Of a stretch of DNA of 64,000 nucleotides, positions 1 to 12,800 are shown one piece after another. The DNA lies in the NCBI GenBank assembly GCA_964016885.1, contig CAXHJY010000366.1:29001-93000 (forward strand), written 5' to 3'. Positions within the stretch are counted from its first letter, which is position 1, and every line of letters begins with the position of its first letter. Both the position numbers and the translations under genes were made by a program. The notes below the pieces were generated by a model. The model was not told the DNA's origin, searched no databases, and worked only from the letters and a program-made list of their open reading frames with translations. The stretch comes from Eledone cirrhosa. Taxonomy: Eukaryota.

Positions 1-76
1 CATCACACTCTCTCTTTCTATATATATGGTAGTAGAAGTGGTGGTGGTGGTGGCAACGATATATCGGAGGTGTTGA
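1..76 (+). repeat. Representative monomer: composite of (CA)/(CT)n, (TA)4 and (GGT)4 microsatellite tracts plus a ~25-bp non-repetitive segment with one CCGG and one GTTGAC
   Basis: Direct reading of 1-76 compared with other copies. Main variable sites are monomer positions 34 (T/G/A), 39 (T/A), 57 (T/C) and 69 (A/G). This first copy carries minor variants (AAC at 55-57, ATCGG in place of ACCGG). Confidence 0.97.
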
Positions 77-3000
77 CATCACACTCTCTCTTTTTATATA
101 TATGGTAGTTGAAGTGGTGGTGGTGGTGGTGGCAATGATATACCGGAAGTGTTGACATCACACTCTCTCTTTCTACATATATGGTAGGTGAAGTGGTGGT
201 GGTGCTGGCAATGATATACCGGAAGTGTTGACATCACACTCTCTCTTTCTATATATATGGTAGTTGAAGTGGTGGTGGTGGTGGTGGCAATGATATACCG
301 GAAGTGTTGACATCACACTCTCTCTTTCTATATATATGGTAGTAGAAGTGGTGGTGGTGGTGGCAACGATATATCGGAGGTGTTGACATCACACTCTCTC
401 TTTCTATATATATATGGTAGTGGATGTGGTGGTGCTGGTGGTGGTGGCAATGATATACCGGAGCTGTTGACATCACACTCTCCCTTTCTATATATATGGT
501 AGTTGAAGTGGTGGTGGTGGTGGCAATGATATAGCGGAAGTGTTGACATCACACTCTCTCTTTCTATATATATATGGTAGTGGAAGTGGTGGTGGTGGTG
601 GTGACAATGATATACCGGAGGTGTTGACATCACACTCTCTCTTTCTATATATATGGTAGTAGAAGTGGTGGTGGTGGTGGTGGCAATGATATACCGGAGG
701 TGTTGACATCACACTCTCTCTTTCTATATATATGGTAGTAGAAGTCGTGGTGTTGGTGGCAATGATATACCAGAAGTGTTGACATCACACTCTCTCTTTC
801 TATATATATGGTAGTGGAAGTGGTGGTGGTGGTTGTAATGATATATTGGAGGTGTTGACATCACACTCTCTCTTTCTATATATATGGTAGTTGAAGTGGT
901 GGTGGCAATGATATACCGGAAGTGTTGACATCACACTCTCTCTTTCTATATATATGGTAGTAGAAGTGGTGGTGGTGGTGGCAATGATATACCGGAAGTG
1001 TTGACATCACACTCTCTCTCTTTCTATTTATATGGTAGTTGAAGTGATGGTGGTGGTGGTGGCAATGATATACCGGAAGTGTTGACATCACTCTCTCTCT
1101 TTCTGTATATATGGTAGTAGAAGTGGTGGTGGTGGTGGTAATGATATACCGGAAGTGTTGACATCACACTCTCTCTTTCTATATATATGGTAGTTGAAGT
1201 GGTGGTGGTGGTGGTGGCAATGAAATACCGGAAGTGTTGATATCACACTCTCTCTTTCTATATATATGGTAGTGGAAGTGGTGGTGGTGGTGGTAATGAT
1301 ATACCGGAAGTGTTGACATCACACTCTCTCTTTCTATATATATGGTAGTGGAAGAGGTGGTGGTGGTGGCAATGATATACCGGAAGTGTTGACATCACAC
1401 TCTCTCTTTCTATATATATGGTTATTGAAGTGGTGGTGGTGGTGGCAATGATATACCGGAAGTGTTGACATCACACTCTCTCTTTCTATATATATGGTAG
1501 TAGAAGAGGTGGTGGTGATGGCAATGATATACCGGAAGTGTTGACATCACACTCTCTCTTTCTATATATATGGTAGTTGAAGTGGTGGTGGTGGTGGCAA
1601 TGATATACCGGAAGTGTTGACATCACACTCTCTCTTTCTATATATATGGTAGTTGAAGTGGTGGTGGTGGTGGCAATGATATACCGGAGGTGTTGACATC
1701 GCACTCTCTCTTTCTATATATATGGTAGTTGAAGTGGTGGTGGTGGTGGTGGAAATGATATACCGGAAGTGTTGACATCACACTCTCTCTTTCTATATAT
1801 ATGGTAGTGGAAGTGGTGGTGCTGGTGGTGGTGGCAATGATATACCGGAGGTGTTGACATCACACTCTCCTTTTCTATATATATGGTAGTTGAAGTGGTG
1901 GTGGTGGTGGCAATGATATAGCGGAAGTGTTGACATCACACTCTCTCTTTCTATATATATATGGTAGTGGAAGTGGTGGTGGTGGTGGTGACAATGATAT
2001 ACCGGAGGTGTTGACATCACACTCTCTCTTTCTATATATATGGTAGTGGAAGTGGTGGTGGTGGTTGCAATGATATACTGGAGGTGTTGACATCACACTC
2101 TCTCTTTCTATATATATGGTAGTAGAAGTCGTGGTGTTGGTGGCAATGATATACCAGAAGTGTTGACATCACACTCTCTCTTTCTATATATATGGTAGTG
2201 GAAGTGGTGGTGGTGGTTGTAATGATATATTGGAGGTGTTGACATCACACTCTCTCTTTCTATATATATGGTAGTTGAAGTGGTGGTGGCAATGATATAC
2301 CGGAAGTGTTGACATCACACTCTCTCTTTCTATATATATGGTAGTAGAAGTGGTGGTGGTGGTGGCAATGATATACCGGAAGTGTTGACATCACACTCTC
2401 TCTCTTTCTGTATATATGGTAGTAGAAGTGGTGGTGGTGGTGGCAATGATATAGCGGAAGTGTTGACATCACACTCTCTCTTTCTATATATATATGGTAG
2501 TTGAAGTGGTGGTGGTGGTGGTGGCAATGAAATACCGGAAGTGTTGATATCACACTCTCTCTTTCTATATATATGGTAGTGGAAGTGGTGGTGGTGGTGG
2601 TAATGATATACCGGAAGTGTTGACATCACACTCTCTCTTTCTATATATATGGTAGTGGAAGAGGTGGTGGTGGTGGTGGCAATGATATACCGGAAGTGTT
2701 GACATCACACTCTCTCTTTCTATATATATGGTTGTTGAAGTGGTGGTGGTGGTTGTAATGATATATTGGAGGTGTTGACATCACACTCTCTCTTTCTATA
2801 TATATGGTAGTTGAAGTGGTGGTGGCAATGATATACCGGAAGTGTTGACATCACACTCTCTCTTTCTATATATATGGTAGTAGAAGTGGTGGTGGTGGTG
2901 GCAATGATATACCGGAAGTGTTGACATCACACTCTCTCTCTTTCTATTTATATGGTAGTTGAAGTGATGGTGGTGGTGGTGGCAATGATATACCGGAAGT

Positions 3001-6000
3001 GTTGACATCACTCTCTCTCTTTCTGTATATATGGTAGTAGAAGTGGTAGTGGTGGTGGTAATGATATACCGGAAGTGTTGACATCACACTCTCTCTTTCT
3101 ATATATATGGTAGTTGAAGTGGTGGTGGTGGTGGTGGCAATGAAATACCGGAAGTGTTGATATCACACTCTCTCTTTCTATATATATGGTAGTGGAAGTG
3201 GTGGTGGTGGTGGTAATGATATACCGGAAGTGTTGACATCACACTCTCTCTTTCTATATATATGGTAGTGGAAGAGGTGGTGGTGGTGGCAATGATATAC
3301 CGGAAGTGTTTAACATCACACTCTCTCTTTCTATATATATGGTTGTTGAAGTGGTGGTGGTGGTGGCAATGATATACCGGAAGTGTTGACATCACACTCT
3401 CTCTTTCTATATATATGGTAGTAGAAGAGGTGGTGGTGGTGGCAATGATATACCGGAAGTGTTGACATCACACTCTCTCTTTCTATATATATGGTAGTTG
3501 AAGTGGTGGTGGTGGTGGCAATGATATACCGGAAGTGTTGACATCACACTCTCTCTTTCTATATATATGGTAGTTGAAGTGGTGGTGGTGGTGGCAATGA
3601 TATACCGGAGGTGTTGACATCACACTCTCTCTTTCTATATATATGGTAGTTGAAGTGGTGGTGGTGGTGGTGGAAATGATATACCGGAAGTGTTGACACC
3701 ACTCTCTCTCTCTTTCTATATATATGGTAGTTGAAGTGGTGGTGGTGGTGGCAATGATATACCGGAGGTGTTGACATCACACTCTCTCTTTCTACATATA
3801 TGGTAGGTGAAGTGGTGGTGGTGCTGGCAATGATATACCGGAAGTGTTGACATCACACTCTCTCTTTCTATATATATGGTAGTTGAAGTGGTGGTGGTGG
3901 TGGCAATGATATACCGGAAGTGTTGATATCGCACTCTCTCTTTCTATATATATGGTAGTGGAAGTGGTGGTGGTGGTGGCAACGATATACCGGAGGTGTT
4001 GACATCACACTCTCTCTCTTTCTATATATATGCTAGTAGAAGTGGTGGTGGTGGTGGTGGTGGTGGCAATGATATACCGGAGGTGTTGACATCACACTCT
4101 CTCTTTCTATATATATGCTAGTAGAAGTGGTGGTGGTGGTGGTGGTGGGGGAAATGATATACCGGTAGTGTTGACATCACACTCTCTCTTTCTATATATA
4201 TGGTAGTAGGAGTGGTGGTGGTGGTGGTGGTGGCAATGATATACCGGAGGTGTTGACATCACCCTCTCTCTTTCTATATATATGGTAGTTGAAGTGGTGG
4301 TGGTGGTGGTGGCAATGATATACCGGAAGTGTTGACATCACACTCTCTCTTTCTATATATATGGTAGTAGAAGTGGTGGTGGTGGTGGCAACGATATATC
4401 GGAGGTGTTGACATCACACTCTCTCTTTTTATATATATGGTAGTTGAAGTGGTGGTGGTGGTGGTGGCAATGATATACCGGAAGTGTTGACATCACACTC
4501 TCTCTTTCTACATATATGGTAGGTGAAGTGGTGGTGGTGCTGGCAATGATATACCGGAAGTGTTGACATCACACTCTCTCTTTCTATATATATGGTAGTT
4601 GAAGTGGTGGTGGTGGTGGTGGCAATGATATACCGGAAGTGTTGACATCACACTCTCTCTTTCTATATATATGGTAGTAGAAGTGGTGGTGGTGGTGGCA
4701 ACGATATATCGGAGGTGTTGACATCACACTCTCTCTTTCTATATATATATGGTAGTGGATGTGGTGGTGCTGGTGGTGGTGGCAATGATATACCGGAGGT
4801 GTTGACATCACACTCTCCCTTTCTATATATATGGTAGTTGAAGTGGTGGTGGTGGTGGCAATGATATAGCGGAAGTGTTGACATCACACTCTCTCTTTCT
4901 ATATATATGGTAGTAGAAGTGGTGGTGGTGGTGGTGGCAATGATATACCGGAGGTGTTGACATCACACTCTCTCTTTCTATATATATGGTAGTAGAAGTC
5001 GTGGTGTTGGTGGCAATGATATACCAGAAGTGTTGACATCACACTCTCTCTTTCTATATATATGGTAGTGGAAGTGGTGGTGGTGGTTGTAATGATATAT
5101 TGGAGGTGTTGACATCACACTCTCTCTTTCTATATATATGGTAGTTGAAGTGGTGGTGGCAATGATATACCGGAAGTGTTGACATCACACTCTCTCTTTC
5201 TATATATATGGTAGTAGAAGTGGTGGTGGTGGTGGCAATGATATACCGGAAGTGTTGACATCACACTCTCTCTCTTTCTATTTATATGGTAGTTGAAGTG
5301 ATGGTGGTGGTGGTGGCAATGATATACCGGAAGTGTTGACATCACTCTCTCTCTTTCTGTATATATGGTAGTAGAAGTGGTGGTGGTGGTGGTAATGATA
5401 TACCGGAAGTGTTGACATCACACTCTCTCTTTCTATATATATGGTAGTTGAAGTGGTGGTGGTGGTGGTGGCAATGATATACCGGAAGTGTTGACATCAC
5501 ACTCTCTCTTTCTATATATATGGTAGTAGAAGTGGTGGTGGTGGTGGCAACGATATATCGGAGGTGTTGACATCACACTCTCTCTTTTTATATATATGGT
5601 AGTTGAAGTGGTGGTGGTGGTGGTGGCAATGATATACCGGAAGTGTTGACATCACACTCTCTCTTTCTACATATATGGTAGGTGAAGTGGTGGTGGTGCT
5701 GGCAATGATATACCGGAAGTGTTGACATCACACTCTCTCTTTCTATATATATGGTAGTTGAAGTGGTGGTGGTGGTGGTGGCAATGATATACCGGAAGTG
5801 TTGACATCACACTCTCTCTTTCTATATATATGGTAGTAGAAGTGGTGGTGGTGGTGGCAACGATATATCGGAGGTGTTGACATCACACTCTCTCTTTCTA
5901 TATATATATGGTAGTGGATGTGGTGGTGCTGGTGGTGGTGGCAATGATATACCGGAGGTGTTGACATCACACTCTCCCTTTCTATATATATGGTAGTTGA

Positions 6001-9000
6001 AGTGGTGGTGGTGGTGGCAATGATATAGCGGAAGTGTTGACATCACACTCTCTCTTTCTATATATATGGTAGTAGAAGTGGTGGTGGTGGTGGTGGCAAT
6101 GATATACCGGAGGTGTTGACATCACACTCTCTCTTTCTATATATATGGTAGTAGAAGTCGTGGTGTTGGTGGCAATGATATACCAGAAGTGTTGACATCA
6201 CACTCTCTCTTTCTATATATATGGTAGTGGAAGTGGTGGTGGTGGTTGTAATGATATATTGGAGGTGTTGACATCACACTCTCTCTTTCTATATATATGG
6301 TAGTTGAAGTGGTGGTGGCAATGATATACCGGAAGTGTTGACATCACACTCTCTCTTTCTATATATATGGTAGTAGAAGTGGTGGTGGTGGTGGCAATGA
6401 TATACCGGAAGTGTTGACATCACACTCTCTCTCTTTCTATTTATATGGTAGTTGAAGTGATGGTGGTGGTGGTGGTAATGATATACCGGAAGTGTTGACA
6501 TCACACTCTCTCTTTCTATATATATGGTAGTTGAAGTGGTGGTGGTGGTGGTGGCAATGAAATACCGGAAGTGTTGATATCACACTCTCTCTTTCTATAT
6601 ATATGGTAGTGGAAGTGGTGGTGGTGGTGGTAATGATATACCGGAAGTGTTGACATCACACTCTCTCTTTCTATATATATGGTAGTGGAAGAGGTGGTGG
6701 TGGTGGCAATGATATACCGGAAGTGTTGACATCACACTCTCTCTTTCTATATATATGGTTATTGAAGTGGTGGTGGTGGTGGCAATGATATACCGGAAGT
6801 GTTGACATCACACTCTCTCTTTCTATATATATGGTAGTAGAAGAGGTGGTGGTGATGGCAATGATATACCGGAAGTGTTGACATCACACTCTCTCTTTCT
6901 ATATATATGGTAGTTGAAGTGGTGGTGGTGGTGGCAATGATATACCGGAAGTGTTGACATCACACTCTCTCTTTCTATATATATGGTAGTTGAAGTGGTG
7001 GTGGTGGTGGCAATGATATACCGGAGGTGTTGACATCGCACTCTCTCTTTCTATATATATGGTAGTTGAAGTGGTGGTGGTGGTGGTGGAAATGATATAC
7101 CGGAAGTGTTGACATCACACTCTCTCTTTCTATATATATATGGTAGTGGAAGTGGTGGTGGTGGTGGTGACAATGATATACCGGAGGTGTTGACATCACA
7201 CTCTCTCTTTCTATATATATGGTAGTGGAAGTGGTGGTGGTGGTTGCAATGATATACTGGAGGTGTTGACATCACACTCTCTCTTTCTATATATATGGTA
7301 GTAGAAGTCGTGGTGTTGGTGGCAATGATATACCAGAAGTGTTGACATCACACTCTCTCTTTCTATATATATGGTAGTGGAAGTGGTGGTGGTGGTTGTA
7401 ATGATATATTGGAGGTGTTGACATCACACTCTCTCTTTCTATATATATGGTAGTTGAAGTGGTGGTGGCAATGATATACCGGAAGTGTTGACATCACACT
7501 CTCTCTTTCTATATATATGGTAGTAGAAGTGGTGGTGGTGGTGGCAATGATATACCGGAAGTGTTGACATCACACTCTCTCTCTTTCTATTTATATGGTA
7601 GTTGAAGTGATGGTGGTGGTGGTGGCAATGATATACCGGAAGTGTTGACATCACTCTCTCTCTTTCTGTATATATGGTAGTAGAAGTGGTGGTGGTGGTG
7701 GCAATGATATAGCGGAAGTGTTGACATCACACTCTCTCTTTCTATATATATATGGTAGTTGAAGTGGTGGTGGTGGTGGTGGCAATGAAATACCGGAAGT
7801 GTTGATATCACACTCTCTCTTTCTATATATATGGTAGTGGAAGTGGTGGTGGTGGTGGTAATGATATACCGGAAGTGTTGACATCACACTCTCTCTTTCT
7901 ATATATATGGTAGTGGAAGAGGTGGTGGTGGTGGTGGCAATGATATACCGGAAGTGTTGACATCACACTCTCTCTTTCTATATATATGGTAGTAGAAGAG
8001 GTGGTGGTGGTGGCAATGATATACCGGAAGTGTTGACATCACACTCTCTCTTTCTATATATATGGTTGTTGAAGTGGTGGTGGTGGTGGTAATGATATAC
8101 CGGAAGTGTTGACATCACACTCTCTCTTTCTATATATATGGTAGTGGAAGAGGTGGTGGTGGTGGTGGCAATGATATACCGGAAGTGTTGACATCACACT
8201 CTCTCTTTCTATATATATGGTAGTTGAAGTGGTGGTGGTGGTGGCAATGATATACCGGAAGTGTTGACATCACACTCTCTCTTTCTATATATATGGTAGT
8301 TGAAGTGGTGGTGGTGGTGGCAATGATATACCGGAAGTGTTGACATCACACTCTCTCTTTCTATATATATGGTAGTGGAAGTGGTTGTGGTGGTGGCAAT
8401 GATATACCGGAAGTGTTGACATCACACTCTCTCTTTCTATATATATGGTAGTTGAAGTGATGGTGGTGGTGGTGGCAATGATATACCGGAAGTGTTGACA
8501 CCACTCTCTCTCTCTTTCTATATATATGGTAGTTGAAGTGGTGGTGGTGGTGGCAATGATATACCGGAGGTGTTGACATCACACTCTCTCTTTCTACATA
8601 TATGGTAGGTGAAGTGGTGGTGGTGCTGGCAATGATATACCGGAAGTGTTGACATCACACTCTCTCTTTCTATATATATGGTAGTTGAAGTGGTGGTGGT
8701 GGTGGCAATGATATACCGGAAGTGTTGATATCGCACTCTCTCTTTCTATATATATGGTAGTGGAAGTGGTGGTGGTGGTGGCAACGATATACCGGAGGTG
8801 TTGACATCACACTCTCTCTCTTTCTATATATATGGTAGTGGAAGTGGTGGTGGTGGTGGCAACGATATACCGGAGGTGTTGACATCACACTCTCTCTTTC
8901 TATATATATGCTAGTAGAAGTGGTGGTGGTGGTGGTGGTGGGGGAAATGATATACCGGTAGTGTTGACATCACACTCTCTCTTTCTATATATATGGTAGT

Positions 9001-9800
9001 AGGAGTGGTGGTGGTGGTGGTGGTGGCAATGATATACCGGAGGTGTTGACATCACACTCTCTCTTTCTATATATATGGTAGTTGAAGTGGTGGTGGTGGT
9101 GGTGGCAATGATATACCGGAAGTGTTGACATCACACTCTCTCTTTCTATATATATGGTAGTAGAAGTGGTGGTGGTGGTGGCAACGATATATCGGAGGTG
9201 TTGACATCACCCTCTCTCTTTTTATATATATGGTAGTTGAAGTGGTGGTGGTGGTGGTGGCAATGATATACCGGAAGTGTTGACATCACACTCTCTCTTT
9301 CTACATATATGGTAGGTGAAGTGGTGGTGGTGCTGGCAATGATATACCGGAAGTGTTGACATCACACTCTCTCTTTCTATATATATGGTAGTTGAAGTGG
9401 TGGTGGTGGTGGTGGCAATGATATACCGGAAGTGTTGACATCACACTCTCTCTTTCTATATATATGGTAGTAGAAGTGGTGGTGGTGGTGGCAACGATAT
9501 ATCAAAGGTGTTGACATCACACTCTCTCTTTCTATATATATATGGTAGTGGATGTGGTGGTGCTGGTGGTGGTGGCAATGATATACCGGAGGTGTTGACA
9601 TCACACTCTCCCTTTCTATATATATGGTAGTTGAAGTGGTGGTGGTGGTGGCAATGATATAGCGGAAGTGTTGACATCACACTCTCTCTTTCTATATATA
9701 TATGGTAGTGGAAGTGGTGGTGGTGGTGGTGACAATGATATACCGGAGGTGTTGACATCACACTCTCCCTTTCTATATATATGGTAGTTGAAGTGGTGGT
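1..9800. repeat. Sub-domain with ~4-kb superunit and nested ~1.16-kb (15-monomer) duplication
   Basis: The same ordered variant block starts at 1, 4336, 5495 and 9129. Shared markers GAAGTCGTGGTGTTGG..CCAGAAG and TTGTAATGATATATTGG recur. ORF-track copies at 249/4584/5743/9377 and 876/2796/5130/6289/7439. Confidence 0.85.
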
Positions 9801-12800
9801 GGTGGGGGCAATGATATACCGGAAGTGTTGACATCACACTCTCTCTTTCTATATGTATGGTAGTGGAAGTGATGGTGGTGGTGGTGGCAATGATATACCG
9901 GAGGTGTTGACATCACACTCTCTCTTTCTATATATATGGTAGTTGAAGTGATGGTGGTGGTGGTGGTGGCAATGATATACCGGAGGTGTTGACATCACAC
10001 TCTCTCTTTCTATATATAGGGTAGTGGAAGAGGTGGTGCTGGCAATGCTATACCGGAAGTGTTGACACCACACTCTCTCTTTCTATATATATGGTAGTTG
10101 AAGTAATGGTGGTGGTGGTGGCAATGATATACCGGAAGTGTTCACATCACACTCTCTCTTTCTATATATATGGTAGTGGAAGAGGTGGTGGTGGTGGCAA
10201 TGCTATACCGGAAGTGTTGACATCACACTCTCTCTTTCTATATATATGGTAGTTGAAGTAATGGTGGTGGTGGTGGCAATGATATACCGGAAGTGTTGAC
10301 ATCACACTCTCTCTTTCTATATATATGGTAGTGGAAGAGGTTGTGGTGGTGGCAATGCTATACCGGAAGTGTTGACATCACACTCTCTCTTTCTATATAT
10401 ATGGTAGTTGAAGTGGTGGTGGTGGTGGCAATGATATACCGGAAGTGTTGACATCACACTCTCTCTTTCTATATATATGGTAGTTGAAGTGGTGGTGGTG
10501 GTGGTGGCAATGATATACCGGAGGTGTTGACATCACACTCTCTCTTTCTATATATATGGTAGTGGAAGAGGTGGTGGTGGTGGCAATGCTATACCGGAAG
10601 TGTTGACATCACACTCTCTCTTTCTATATATATGGTAGTGGAAGAGGTGGTGGTGGTGGCAATGCTATACCGGAAGTGTTGACATCACACTCTCTCTTTC
10701 TATATATATGGTAGTTGAAGTGGTGGTGTTGGTGGCAATGATATACCGGAAGTGTTGACATCACACTCTCTCTTTCTATATATATGGTAGTGGAAGTGGT
10801 GGTGGTGGTGGCTACGATATACCGGAGGTGTTGACATCACACTCTCTCTCTTTCTATGTATATGGTAGTGGAAGTGGTGGTGGTGGTGGCAACGATATAC
10901 CGGAGGTGTTGACATCACACTCTCCCTTTCTATATATATGGTAGTTGAAGAGGTTGTGGCAATGATATAGCGGAATTGTTGACATCACACTCTCTCTTTC
11001 TATATATATGGTAGTGGAAGTGGTGGTGGTGGTGGCAATGATATACCGGAAGTGTTGACATCACACTCTCTCTTTCTATATATATGGTAGTTGAAGTGGT
11101 GGTGGTGGGGGCAATGATATACCGGAAGTGTTGACATCACACTCTCTCTTTCTATATATATGGTAGTTGAAGTGGTGGTGGTGGGGGCAACGATATACCG
11201 GAGGTGTTGACATCACACTCTCTCTTTTTATATATATGTTAGTGGAAGTGGTGGTGGTGGTGGCAATGATATACCGGAGGTGTTGACATCACACTCTCTC
11301 TTTCTATATATTTGGTAGTGGAAGTGGTGCTAGTGGTGGCAATGATATACCGGAAGTGTTGACATCACACTCTCTCTTTCTATATATATGGTAGTGGAAG
11401 AGGTGGTGGTGGTGGCAATGCTATACCGGAAGTGTTGACATCAAACTCTCTCTTTCTATATATATGGTAGTTGAAGTGGTGGTGGTGGTGGCAATGATAT
11501 ACCGGAGGTGTTGACATCACACTCTCTCTTTCTATATATCTGGTAGTCGAAGTAATGGTGGTGGTGGTGGAAATGATATACCGGAAGTGTTGACATCACA
11601 CTCTCTCTTTTTATATATATGGTAGTGGAAGTGGTGGTGGTGGTGGCAATGATATACCGGAGGTGTTGACATCACACTCTCTCTTTCTATATATATGGTA
11701 GTGGAAGTGGTGGTGGTGGTGGCAATGATATACCGGAAGTGTTGACATCACACTCTCTCTTTCTATATATATGGTAGTTGAAGTAATGGTGGTGGTAGTG
11801 GAAATGATATACCGGAAGTGTTGATATCACACTCTCTCTTTCTATATATATGGAAGTGGAAGTGGTGGTGGTGGTGGTGGCAACGATATACCGGAGGTGT
11901 TGACATCACACTCTCTCTCTTTCTATATATATGGTAGTGGAAGTGGTGGTGGTGGTGGCAACGATATACCGGAGGTGTTGACATCACACTCTCTCTCTTT
12001 CTATATATATGGTAGTAGAAGTGGTGGTGGTGGTGGTGGTGGCAATGATATACCGGAGGTGTTGACATCATACTCTCTCTTTCTATATATATGGTAGTGG
12101 AAGTGATGGCGGTGGTGGCAACGATATATCGGAGGTGTTGACATCACTCTCTCTCTTTCTATATATATGGTAGTGGAAGTGGTGGTGGTGGTGGCAATGA
12201 TATACCGGAAGTGTCGACATCACACTCTCTCTTTCTATATATATGGAAGTTGAAGTGGTGGTGGTGGTGGCAATGATATACAGGAAGTGTCGACATCACG
12301 CTCTCTCTTTCTATATATATGGTAGTAGAAGTGGTGGTGGTGGTGGTGTCAATGATATACCGGAAGTGGTGACATCACACTCTCTCTTTCTATATATATG
12401 GTAGGTGAAGTGGAGGTGGTGGTGGCAATGATATACCTGAAGTGTTGACATCACACTCTCTCTCTTTCTATATATATGGTAGTTGAAGTGGTGGTGATAG
12501 TGGTGGCAACAATATACCGGAAGTGTTCACATCACACTCTCTCTTTCTATATATATGGTAGTTGAAGTGGTGGTGGTGGTGGCAATGATATACCGGAAGT
12601 GTCGACATCACACTCTCTCTTTCTATATATATGGAAGTTGAAGTGGTGGTGGTGGTGGCAACGATATACAGGAAGTGTTGACATCACACTCTCTCTTTCT
12701 ATATATATGGTAGTTGAAGTGGTGGTGGTGGTGGCAATGATATACCGGAAGTGTTGACATCACACACTCTCTTTCTATAGATATGGTAGTGAAAGTGGTG

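Noticed and set aside
19-27. TATA box / GAGA-element promoter in each monomer
   Set aside because: These are simple (TA)n and (CT)n tracts with variable length, and there is no downstream gene or other promoter evidence.
1-152. Dimer (152 bp) as a nucleosome-length unit
   Set aside because: There is no consistent alternating A/B dimer structure, and length coincidence alone is not evidence.
434-441. E. coli Chi octamer GCTGGTGG in the landmark monomer
   Set aside because: It is one substitution from (GGT)n and was copied by duplication. Nothing suggests a RecBCD-bearing host.
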